Assembly: GCA_017546265.1 (NCBI GenBank)
Contig: JAFYXG010000003.1
Location: 4,920 to 68,919 of the forward strand
Reading direction: 5' to 3'
From: Alphaproteobacteria bacterium
GTDB taxonomy: Bacteria; Pseudomonadota; Alphaproteobacteria; Rs-D84
DNA length: 64,000 nt
In this document: piece by piece, positions 26,390-34,830 of the stretch
Layout of the letters: every line of letters begins with the position of its first letter
Position numbering within the stretch: position 1 is the stretch's first letter
Made by a program: the position numbers and the translations under genes
Notes under the pieces: model-generated
The model's database searches: none
What the model saw: only the letters and a program-made list of their open reading frames with translations
Told to the model about the DNA's origin: nothing

Positions 26390-26748
26390 TTTGCTTTTTC
26401 CTTTTCGTTGTCTTTGCGTTTTTCCAGTTTGCATTCCAGGCCAGTATTGCTGGTGATGTTTAATGTTCTGTATGACAAAGTGCCAGTCATCTGGGCCGCA
26501 CTGAATATGTTTGCAGTGTTTACAGTTGCAGGTCCGTCCAAGGTGCCGTGCAAAAACAAAACAGGTGTTTGAACAGAACCAACAACACGGCCGCCACGAC
26601 CAATTACAACCGTTTCGGCGACTATGTTGCCGATAATTTCACCGTGAATTTGGACTGTGTGGTCGGTTTTTATATCGCCCGTTAATTTGCAACCCGCACC
26701 AATAACAGTGGGAGATTGCTTTTCCGTTGAATTAGTGAATGCTAGCAT
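26386..26748 (-). CDS. Bactofilin (polymer-forming cytoskeletal protein)
   Basis: Beta-helix repeat pattern IGAGCKLTGDIKTDHTVQIHGEIIGNIVAETVVIGRGGRVVGSVQT. Confidence 0.85.
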   Translation of the reverse strand: MLAFTNSTEKQSPTVIGAGCKLTGDIKTDHTVQIHGEIIGNIVAETVVIGRGGRVVGSVQTPVLFLHGTLDGPATVNTANIFSAAQMTGTLSYRTLNITSNTGLECKLEKRKDNEKEKAK

Positions 26749-26752
26749 TTTT

Positions 26753-28030
26753 CTATTCTTCCTTTACAAATTTTGTTGGATCAAATGGGGCGCCTTTGTA
26801 CCGAATTTCGTAGTGCAAGTGCGGACCAGTTGATCGACCCGATGAACCCGCCAGACCAATTACTGTGCCTGGGCGAACCCAATCCCCACGCGAAACCAAT
26901 ATTTGTGATAAATGTGCATACAGTGTGGTAAAGCCCAGACCATGATCGATTTCAACCGTTGTGCCATAACCAACGCGTTCGCCAGCAGATACAACACGTC
27001 CCGGAGCAACCGCCATTAGTTCCGTGCCTATCTTGCCGGAAAAGTCAATGCCACGATGCTGTTTCGGTTTGCCTGTAAATGGGTCTTTGCGGGTGCCGTA
27101 GTTTGATGTAATACGTGAATTTACCGGTTTGCCAAGTGGTAAAATTTCGTTCAATCGTTTCAGCCCGTTCCAGCGTTCCAGGCCGTCTGCCAATTTTTGA
27201 TACTTTGCGTCAAGTTCTTTGTCAAACTCAATCGGGGTAAAGGCCGAACCAACCAATGGATTCGTATATTTGTTCGCGTTGCGAAGTAATGTGGTCTGGC
27301 TGAGCCCCAATGTCGCCAATGTGCTGTTTATGCGTTTTATGTTTTTTTGCAGTTCTTCGTTGTTGTCGTTGGTCAGTGCGGATACCGTGTCAACAATGAT
27401 GTTGTCTGCATCCATTACTTCCGCCATGGATTCAATTATTTTTGCATTACGTTTTTTTAACTCATCGTTTTCAGCACGAGTTAATTCGTATTCTGCAGAC
27501 AGTTCAGATATTTTTGTGTATTCAGGTGTAAACTCTTCATTAGATAGCATTTCAACTATGCGAGTGCGTAAAAAGTCCAATTCTCCCCAGGTCTTGATAC
27601 GAGAATTCATTAGCTTTTCTTTTTCGCCAGAATCTAGCTTTTCTTTGTTTAGTATCTTGTCGTCAATTACATTCAGATCGCGTACCAGGTTATTATATTT
27701 TGTCAGGTATGTTTGCAAATCTGACATGTGACGAGTATGAGTGTCGCGGGCTTGTTCCAGTTGCTGAGTTCGCTTTTGCAATAATGGGCGATGATAGACA
27801 AATACATAAGTTGACCATGATGCCCATAAGACCAACCCTATTTTGCCGCAAAAACGGGTGAAACGCCAAAAACTGCTTTGAGAAAAAGTGTAAACGTTGC
27901 CACGTGGAGTGTCCATTACCGTAAATTCACGTGGAGGGAATATACGAACAATCAGTCGCCATATTGCACGAAATGGTGAAGTGATAAATGCCCACAGCGA
28001 TGTAAAATATCGTGTTATAAAGTTTATCAT
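26753..28030 (-). CDS. Membrane-anchored coiled-coil M23 (LytM) peptidase
   Basis: HRGIDFSGKIGTELMAVAPGRVV...VEIDHGLGFTTLYAHLS...GPHLHYEIRYKGAPFDP, an N-terminal TM segment, and a long coiled coil. Confidence 0.9.
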   Translation of the reverse strand: MINFITRYFTSLWAFITSPFRAIWRLIVRIFPPREFTVMDTPRGNVYTFSQSSFWRFTRFCGKIGLVLWASWSTYVFVYHRPLLQKRTQQLEQARDTHTRHMSDLQTYLTKYNNLVRDLNVIDDKILNKEKLDSGEKEKLMNSRIKTWGELDFLRTRIVEMLSNEEFTPEYTKISELSAEYELTRAENDELKKRNAKIIESMAEVMDADNIIVDTVSALTNDNNEELQKNIKRINSTLATLGLSQTTLLRNANKYTNPLVGSAFTPIEFDKELDAKYQKLADGLERWNGLKRLNEILPLGKPVNSRITSNYGTRKDPFTGKPKQHRGIDFSGKIGTELMAVAPGRVVSAGERVGYGTTVEIDHGLGFTTLYAHLSQILVSRGDWVRPGTVIGLAGSSGRSTGPHLHYEIRYKGAPFDPTKFVKEE

Positions 28031-28710
28031 GTCTCGGATACTTTAGACAAAATTTCCCCGATAGTCAAGCCATGACGCAAAATAGGTTCGTAATTCATCG
28101 GCAGACCGCGGTGCAGTATACTGATGCCGTGATGTCCCAGTCGACCTGATATCAAAACGCGCTCGGCGGTGTTTTTTGCACCAAACAGCGGCAGTATATT
28201 TATGTCCCCCAATTTTTTTGACATTTCACCAATTACAGTTGCTGTAGTTGCCGCGTCTGTTATGATGGCAAATGTGCCCATCGGACGAACTCGTGCAATA
28301 CAACGTGATATCCACAGCGGCAGGTCTGCATTATGGTGAGCGTTATGTTTCGCAGGTGTGCCGTTGAAATATGGTGGATTTGTTATAACCAGGTCAAATG
28401 TACAATCCGTTTTCCATGTTGTGATGTCCGCCTGAATCAGTTCAATGTTGGCGGAATTTAAATCTGCGTTTGCATGGCATGCGGTCAGCATGTCTGATGA
28501 GGTGTCTAAGCCCGTTATTTGGGCTGTTGGATTGTTCGCCAACAGGCAAAGTGATACACCGCCACTGCCGATGCCAACGTCCAGTACAGTTTTTATGTTG
28601 CGTGGGGCAAATGATGCCAGCCATACCGCATCGGATGTTGGATTGTATAATCCACGGTGCATCTTAACCCGACCGCCCATCAGGGTAAAAATTTCTTGTT
28701 TTATGCTCAT
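28027..28710 (-). CDS. SAM-dependent N6-adenine methyltransferase (TrmN6/YfiC-like)
   Basis: VLDVGIGSGGVSL and VITNPPYF (NPPY). Confidence 0.7.
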   Translation of the reverse strand: MSIKQEIFTLMGGRVKMHRGLYNPTSDAVWLASFAPRNIKTVLDVGIGSGGVSLCLLANNPTAQITGLDTSSDMLTACHANADLNSANIELIQADITTWKTDCTFDLVITNPPYFNGTPAKHNAHHNADLPLWISRCIARVRPMGTFAIITDAATTATVIGEMSKKLGDINILPLFGAKNTAERVLISGRLGHHGISILHRGLPMNYEPILRHGLTIGEILSKVSET

Positions 28711-28750
28711 AGGTATTTATAATAAAACAACAAATTAAAAAGGCAAGTGT

Positions 28751-29737
28751 ATGTTTAATGATGTCGTTATAGTAGAAAGTGCAATTAGTGCGTTTAATAA
28801 CGCAGCGTTATTTGGTGCTGCTTTTTTGTGGTGGGCTGTGTTGACCGTTCCTTTGTTTGTTGTGGTATATTTGTGCCGTGATGCAATTGTACAAAAACTG
28901 GGGTGGAATCAGAATAATATTTTACAGCGTGTGTCGGTGTGGACTGCGGGACTGACCCTGTTGTGGGCGGTGTTGTTTGGTGGAAATTATGGTGTGCTGC
29001 GTGATGGGTTGTCTGTTTTGCCCGGGATGATGGCGGCGATAGTGTTTTTGACATCTTTGTTCGTGTCTTCGTATCTTAGGAAAATGCCCCTGCCCCGTAT
29101 GAATTGGTGGAAATGGATGGCTGTGATTGCCGGGGTGGCATTGGTCGGGATGTCTGATATGCATGCATGGTGGGGGCCAATACTGCAAATTGGTGCGATG
29201 CTATTGGGATTTGTTTTGGGACGGTTGGCCAAGAGTGAGATGCGACCCGTTGGTGGAATTGTGTTGATTGTGCTGTCTGTGGCGATTGCAATGCTGATGC
29301 AGCCAGAGTTCTTTAGATTTGGACAATTGGGGAATCTGACTGTGGGGCATGTGTTAGGAATGCTGATGTTGGGGATTTTTGCAATGGCGACAATTGCGTT
29401 GCTGAATGTAAATGCACGCGGTAAAATTAAGCGTGGGGTTTTTGTAAAACTGAAATGGTTGTGTCGGGTTATGTGTGTGCTGGGGGCGGCTTTGTTTGTT
29501 ATTACCGAGGCCCTGCCCGTTTTCCTGGGGACGTTGGCGGCTTTGTTTGCCATGTTCGCGGTATCTGTGTGGCATAAAAAGCAGGTAGATTTGGTCGCTG
29601 GGTATAAAATGTTTGCACTGGTTTTGGTTTGCTTTGGTATTATTACCGTGATGCCTGCAATAGCGGCAATGGGAATTTTGTACTGGGCCAGTTTGCCAAA
29701 TGTAAAATTTTGGTCAGAATTCAAAGCGTTGTTATAA
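28751..29737 (+). CDS. Polytopic inner-membrane protein, unknown function
   Basis: 328 aa with about 9 hydrophobic segments. I recognise no family. Confidence 0.6.
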   Translation: MFNDVVIVESAISAFNNAALFGAAFLWWAVLTVPLFVVVYLCRDAIVQKLGWNQNNILQRVSVWTAGLTLLWAVLFGGNYGVLRDGLSVLPGMMAAIVFLTSLFVSSYLRKMPLPRMNWWKWMAVIAGVALVGMSDMHAWWGPILQIGAMLLGFVLGRLAKSEMRPVGGIVLIVLSVAIAMLMQPEFFRFGQLGNLTVGHVLGMLMLGIFAMATIALLNVNARGKIKRGVFVKLKWLCRVMCVLGAALFVITEALPVFLGTLAALFAMFAVSVWHKKQVDLVAGYKMFALVLVCFGIITVMPAIAAMGILYWASLPNVKFWSEFKALL

Positions 29738-29821
29738 TTCGTTATATTTATTGAATACCATTTGTTAAGATTATGATGTATTATTCACTGCGTTAATAAT
29801 ATTAAAAAAGTGAGTTTTATT

Positions 29822-30619
29822 ATGGCAATACATCCAACGGCAATTATTCATGAGGGTGCAAAAGTGGGGGCAGATTGTAAAATTGGCCCATATTGTATTA
29901 TTGGACCAAATGTGGTTCTGGGTGATCGTGTGGAACTGGTTTCACATGTTGTGATAGATGGCAAGACATCTATTGGTGATGATTCTATTGTTTATCCGTT
30001 TGCTGTGCTGGGCGTGATGAGTCAAGACCTGAAATGGCAAGATGAAGCGACTATGACTGGGTTGCGTATCGGTAAGCGTTGCAGAATTCGTGAATATGCA
30101 ACAATTCATTCTGGAACGCCTGCATCCGATGGAACGGTGATTGGTGATGACTGTCAGATTATGGTTAATGCACATGTTGGTCATGACTGCAAGGTTGGAA
30201 ACAGTGTTGTTATGTCAAACTTGGTTCAGGTGGCAGGACATGTGGAAATAGAAGACTTTGCAATATTGTCCGGTGGTACAATGGTACTGCAATTCGCACG
30301 TATTGGACGTAATGCCTTTATTGGTGGTATGTCGGGCGTTGGTAATGATGTTTTGCCCTATGCGATTTATGATGGGAATCGTGCGGTTTATCGTACCATT
30401 AACCGTGTGGGCCTGATGCGGCATGGATTTACAAACGAAGATATGCATGCAATTCATTCAGTTTATGCTGCTGTGTTCCGTGGCGGCGATGGTACTGTGT
30501 CTGAACGACTGGCCAAGGTTCGCAAAGAAGTCAAAAATAATAAATATGCAATGGATGCAATTGACTTTATAGAAAATCGCTCAAAGCGTGGAATCGGTAC
30601 ATCTAAAAATGCAGAATAA
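29822..30619 (+). CDS. lpxA: Acyl-ACP--UDP-GlcNAc O-acyltransferase
   Basis: Hexapeptide repeats starting IHPTAIIHEGAKVGADCKIGPYCIIGPNVVLGDRVELVSHVVIDG, and a helical C-terminus. Confidence 0.93.
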   Translation: MAIHPTAIIHEGAKVGADCKIGPYCIIGPNVVLGDRVELVSHVVIDGKTSIGDDSIVYPFAVLGVMSQDLKWQDEATMTGLRIGKRCRIREYATIHSGTPASDGTVIGDDCQIMVNAHVGHDCKVGNSVVMSNLVQVAGHVEIEDFAILSGGTMVLQFARIGRNAFIGGMSGVGNDVLPYAIYDGNRAVYRTINRVGLMRHGFTNEDMHAIHSVYAAVFRGGDGTVSERLAKVRKEVKNNKYAMDAIDFIENRSKRGIGTSKNAE

Positions 30620-31745
30620 AAATCAGCGTGTGTTTATTATCGCGGGTGAAGTGTCTGGTGATGTGCTGGGCGGACGCATAATGCGGGAAATGCCAAATGC
30701 CGATTTTGTTGGTATTGGTGGCGAAAATATGCAGGCAGCTGGATTGAAAACACTGTTCCCTATGGCTGATTTGTCCGTTATGGGGTTTGTTGAGGTGGTG
30801 GCACATGCGAAAACACTGACACGGCGTATTAAACAGACAGTTGATGCGATTGTTGAACAAAAACCCGATGTTGTAGTGTCAATAGATGCCCCGGGTTTTG
30901 CAAAAAGTGTTATAAAACAAATCAGAAAAAATCCAGATGGACAGAAACTGATTCAAAATGGTTTGAGTTTTCATCATGTGGTTGCACCCCAGGTTTGGGC
31001 ATGGCGTTCGGGACGTGCAAAAAAATATGCACAGATTTTTGATAAATTATATGCCTTTTTTGATTTCGAGGTGCCGTTTTTTACTAAACATGGTTTGGAT
31101 ACGGTTGCGGTTGGGCATCCAATCGCAGATGTGTTAATTGGTAAATACAAAACATCAAAAAAACATAGCGAAAAAATTATAACATTGGTTCCCGGAAGTC
31201 GTGTTGGTGAGGTTAAACGTCTGATGCCGCTGATGCGGGATGTTGTCGACAGGTTAAGTCGCGATGGATATATGGGGTACAAGTTTGTCATACCTGTTGT
31301 GGAAACAACCAAGGAATTGGTTCAAAATGAAATTCAGCGGTGGCGGGTTAAACCGATACTGGTGTCGGCCGCAGACAGATATGATTTGTATGCAAAGACC
31401 TATATCGCAATTGTCGCCAGTGGAACTGTATCGGCAGAATTGGCCATGTTGCACGTTCCGACAATCGTTGTTTACAAAATGAATCCGATTACAACGTGGA
31501 TTGGGCGACAAATTATTCGGGTTAAATGGGTTTCGTTGGTTAATATATTATTAAATCGCGGTGTCTATCCTGAATTTTTGGGCGGTGATGCAACGGCCGA
31601 GAATGTGTTAAATGCGGTTCAGCAACTGACAATACCATCAAAACGGGAAAAAATGATACGCGATTTAGAGTCTGCGGATTCTTTGTGGCGGCCCGATGCA
31701 GGTGGGGCTGCACGACTGATTGCAAATGGAATTATGAATAAATAA
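30609..31745 (+). CDS. lpxB: Lipid-A-disaccharide synthase
   Basis: VFIIAGEVSGDVLGG..., GT19-like layout. It overlaps the lpxA end by 11 nt. Confidence 0.93.
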   Translation: MQNKNQRVFIIAGEVSGDVLGGRIMREMPNADFVGIGGENMQAAGLKTLFPMADLSVMGFVEVVAHAKTLTRRIKQTVDAIVEQKPDVVVSIDAPGFAKSVIKQIRKNPDGQKLIQNGLSFHHVVAPQVWAWRSGRAKKYAQIFDKLYAFFDFEVPFFTKHGLDTVAVGHPIADVLIGKYKTSKKHSEKIITLVPGSRVGEVKRLMPLMRDVVDRLSRDGYMGYKFVIPVVETTKELVQNEIQRWRVKPILVSAADRYDLYAKTYIAIVASGTVSAELAMLHVPTIVVYKMNPITTWIGRQIIRVKWVSLVNILLNRGVYPEFLGGDATAENVLNAVQQLTIPSKREKMIRDLESADSLWRPDAGGAARLIANGIMNK

Positions 31746-31772
31746 AAAACGCCGTTTTGGCGTTTTTTTTTT
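31746..31772. terminator. Bidirectional terminator (lpxB / 868-aa gene)
   Basis: AAAAAACGCC-GTTTT-GGCGTT-T9. Confidence 0.8.
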
Positions 31773-34377
31773 ATATGCCTGGCTTATATGTTGTTATTTG
31801 CACCCCATCTATTAGGCACTTCGTTTGGCCATTATTATCGGTTTTTGTGCTGTTGGTTCCGTATGGGCATACCTGGTTATCTTTTGTAATCCATTTTTGT
31901 GTACACCATGCCTTGTCACTGTATTTTTCAGACATGTTTTCGGTGTCTTCTGACGGTCGAACCATATCGGGGTTGGTATTCAGGTATTTGCATTCGATGT
32001 CTTCGGCATAAACAGGGATTGTTATTTGATTTGCATCTTTTCCCTCTTGGTTTTCGCATATGTACTGAGAACCGGTGTTGTTTTTACACAGGTATTGTCC
32101 CGCGTCATTTAATAGCGGTTGTGTTGATGGGGACATTATTACAGGTATGGCAGCAACGCAGTTTGCAGATTTGCCCCATTTGCTGCGGCGAGCACCGTTT
32201 TCCCAGCAAGAACATGCACCCCATGATTGTGTGTCCACCATGGTTCTGTAATCGCGTGGACACATGTCTTCGTTTTCAACTACGTTGTATTCAGTGTTTG
32301 TTTGGTTGTATCTGCAAAAGTCTTCTTTAACATATTCGCCTGAAATAATCTTTTGATATGCCACAAAGCGGCCCTGCAGGTTAGCACATTGGGTGGACAG
32401 TTGTGAGAGTACCTGGTTATAAACCTCGGTTGCGACACCCGTTGCACGCAGTTCACGTTCGTTGTCTTTAAGGCCGTATTGGGTACCCGCGGCGTCCATA
32501 TAATCCATGCCGCCGAACACCTCTTCAATCAGGTCTTTGTCATTGCATGCCGCAACGGTGGTTAATTGTTCAGCACACTTTGATACGTATTTGCCGGCGG
32601 TGTCATACAATGTAAACCAGTCTGGGGCGTGGCCCGTTGTAAACAGGCCGCTGTATGGATAGTAGAAGTTTTCATAATTTGTGCCGCCGTATTTATCAAA
32701 ACATTGTTTTGCAACCGCACGACACGCGGTTTTTTTGTCTGTTTCTGTGTGGTTTGTGATATAGTCTGCAATTATATTGCCATTAAACATGTTATCGCAT
32801 GATGTTACATATTCCTGGCACATGGTGGCATTTAATATAATTTTGTCCGGTTGCAGAATAACCGCGGATTCCGAGCTTAACCCCGCCATGGCCGCCGTTA
32901 TTGCCGCATCCCCGTTCATATAGCAGGCTGTAATATAGTCAAAACAGCCCTGTTTAATTTGGGCGACTTTATCTTTTTGCGAATAATAGATTGCCAGCAT
33001 CGCTTTGTCCAGGTATTCAGACCATACAAAGTCGGACTGTTCTACGCACTTGTCCAGTGCGGGTTCGGCAAACTTTTTTACACGTGATTCAAAATTGTAT
33101 ACGAAATTGCGATTGCTGGGGTTTTTGGACAGCTGTTGGTCGGCGGCCTCGACCCCATCGCTGAACACCAGCATGTGTTCCAGTTGATAAAAGTTTTCTA
33201 TGCCGGTAATTGGTGCACCAGTAGAAATGTCAATGAATTCACCGTTGTCCAGGCATTTGTGATAGTTGGCACCGCAGACCTCTTCACTAAGGATTGCCTG
33301 TTCTACTTCGTTAATACAGGTTGTGACATCGGACGAGTTGTGTTTCTGACGGTTTTCTATGCGGGCCAAATCCAACATGGCACCACCTTCGCGGATGGCG
33401 GATTTTAATTGCTTTTGTGTGTTTTCAATTGCAGTTTGGACCGTGTTGCAGTCCTGTTCAATTGCCATCAGATATGCAGTGATGGCACGTTGCAGTGACG
33501 CGTCATTACAGTCTGCACGAACCGCCTGGCGGCACTGGGGGTAAACCGCGTTGTACAGTGCGTTGCCGTTATAGGCGGCAATGGCCTGGCCTACATCGGT
33601 CATGCCAAACGCGTTAACGGTGTCAAATGCAATGTTTATGCTGTTCAAATCGGCGTATTTACCGCTGACCGTGCTGTCTTCGCCACGTATAGAGTTCATA
33701 ATGGCGTTCAATAATGCCTTGGACGCGGAATTGTCGTCTGTGAATGCCTTTTCCCCCTCGGTTTCCTGACGCATGGCGGCGGCCTGGGCGGCGGTCATAC
33801 CAACTGTGTCCAGGTTTTCTGTAAATACAGTCAATTGTTCACCCGCATCTTGCAGTACATCGCGAACCTCGGTCAATTTAAAAACACGGTCGTTGCATGA
33901 ACAGCGGCGATAGTCATCGTTTTTAAGTGTGCAAAATTGATCCATACATGAAAAATATGTGTTCTTGCAACGTTCGTATTCGGCCCCCGTGCGGGTGTTC
34001 GATAGCACTGTGGTGTCGGCGGTCGCAGTACGTGCAGAAATTACGTTTGTTGGTTCGCGTTTGGATGTTGTTTTGGTCGCACTGCGTGCAGATGTGCTGC
34101 GTGTGTTTTTTTTATCTTTTGTTGTTGTTTCGTGTGTAACCGTATTTGTGGCGTTGCGTGATGTGGTTGTGGCGGTGCGTGATGTGGTTGTTGCAGTGCG
34201 AGAATTTAGCGTTGTTGTACGTGGTTTTGTCGTGCGTACAACATTAGTTGCCGTACGCGATTGTGTTGTGTCACTGTCCGGTTTTGTGCGTGAAATGGCC
34301 GTGCCATCACGAACAGCCGCGTTGGCAAAACCAACGCAGACCAGCAAATTTGTAATTAAAACCAGAATTTTATTCAT
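31771..34377 (-). CDS. Large secreted Cys-rich protein, family A (R-[ST]-A-T repeats + CMDQFC core), paralog of 56372-58810
   Basis: Signal peptide MNKILVLITNLLVCVGFANA. A Thr/Arg low-complexity region (SRTATTTSRTATTTSRNAT) precedes YERCKNTYFSCMDQFCTLKNDDYRRCSCNDRV... It is collinear with the 812-aa ORF over roughly 500 aa. Confidence 0.8.
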   Translation of the reverse strand: MNKILVLITNLLVCVGFANAAVRDGTAISRTKPDSDTTQSRTATNVVRTTKPRTTTLNSRTATTTSRTATTTSRNATNTVTHETTTKDKKNTRSTSARSATKTTSKREPTNVISARTATADTTVLSNTRTGAEYERCKNTYFSCMDQFCTLKNDDYRRCSCNDRVFKLTEVRDVLQDAGEQLTVFTENLDTVGMTAAQAAAMRQETEGEKAFTDDNSASKALLNAIMNSIRGEDSTVSGKYADLNSINIAFDTVNAFGMTDVGQAIAAYNGNALYNAVYPQCRQAVRADCNDASLQRAITAYLMAIEQDCNTVQTAIENTQKQLKSAIREGGAMLDLARIENRQKHNSSDVTTCINEVEQAILSEEVCGANYHKCLDNGEFIDISTGAPITGIENFYQLEHMLVFSDGVEAADQQLSKNPSNRNFVYNFESRVKKFAEPALDKCVEQSDFVWSEYLDKAMLAIYYSQKDKVAQIKQGCFDYITACYMNGDAAITAAMAGLSSESAVILQPDKIILNATMCQEYVTSCDNMFNGNIIADYITNHTETDKKTACRAVAKQCFDKYGGTNYENFYYPYSGLFTTGHAPDWFTLYDTAGKYVSKCAEQLTTVAACNDKDLIEEVFGGMDYMDAAGTQYGLKDNERELRATGVATEVYNQVLSQLSTQCANLQGRFVAYQKIISGEYVKEDFCRYNQTNTEYNVVENEDMCPRDYRTMVDTQSWGACSCWENGARRSKWGKSANCVAAIPVIMSPSTQPLLNDAGQYLCKNNTGSQYICENQEGKDANQITIPVYAEDIECKYLNTNPDMVRPSEDTENMSEKYSDKAWCTQKWITKDNQVCPYGTNSTKTDNNGQTKCLIDGVQITTYKPGI

Positions 34378-34473
34378 CTCTGGTGTAAAGTTTAGCAAAA
34401 ATATCAAAAATTACGCAAGTGAATAATAAAATACGTATGTGCATATTTTTTCGGATTTTTTGTTTTTTTCTTG

Positions 34474-34502
34474 TTGCAAAGAGTTTAAATTTAGTATATC
34501 AT
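34474..34502 (+). promoter_or_regulatory. Putative promoter of the tRNA cluster (TTGCAA-N17-TATCAT)
   Basis: It ends about 11 nt before the tRNA-Leu 5' end. Confidence 0.4.
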
Positions 34503-34513
34503 GTCTGTCGCCT

Positions 34514-34600
34514 GCGGATATGGCGGAATTGGTAGACGCGCTAGTTTCAGGTACTAGTGGTAGCAATACCTTGGAAGTTCGAGTCTTCTTATCCGCACCA
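34514..34600 (+). tRNA. tRNA-Leu (anticodon CAG)
   Basis: Acceptor GCGGATA/TATCCGC, anticodon loop TTCAGGT, long variable arm, T-loop TTCGAGT, encoded CCA. Confidence 0.92.
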
Positions 34601-34609
34601 TTTTTTATT

Positions 34610-34685
34610 GGGGTTGTAGCTCAGTTGATAGAGCGCTACGTTCGCATCGTAGAGGTCGTGGGTTTGAGTCCCATCAGCTCCACCA
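34610..34685 (+). tRNA. tRNA-Ala (anticodon CGC)
   Basis: Acceptor GGGGTTG/CAGCTCC with G3:U70, D-arm TAGCTCAGTTGATAGAGC, anticodon loop TTCGCAT, encoded CCA. Confidence 0.92.
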
Positions 34686-34708
34686 AATAGTTGTGTTGTT
34701 GGGTCCCC

Positions 34709-34795
34709 GGGGATATGGCGGAATGGTAGACGCTGAGGACTTAAAATCCTTTGGTCATTGCGACCGTGTGGGTTCAAGTCCCACTATCCCCACCA
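34709..34795 (+). tRNA. tRNA-Leu (anticodon TAA)
   Basis: Acceptor GGGGATA/TATCCCC, anticodon loop CTTAAAA, long variable arm, T-loop TTCAAGT, encoded CCA. Confidence 0.92.
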
Positions 34796-34807
34796 CACAT
34801 ATCTTTA

Positions 34808-34830
34808 TGCCGACATTTGTCGGTTTTTTT
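34808..34830 (+). terminator. Terminator after the tRNA cluster
   Basis: CCGAC-ATTT-GTCGG followed by T7. Confidence 0.7.

Noticed and set aside
34090-34210. Tandem 21-nt repeats (CGTGATGTGGTTGTGGCGGTG-like), and the EPEPVVV-coding repeats at about 43700-43880
   Set aside because: They are in frame inside long ORFs and encode the low-complexity TSRTATT and EPEPVVV protein repeats. They are not independent DNA elements.
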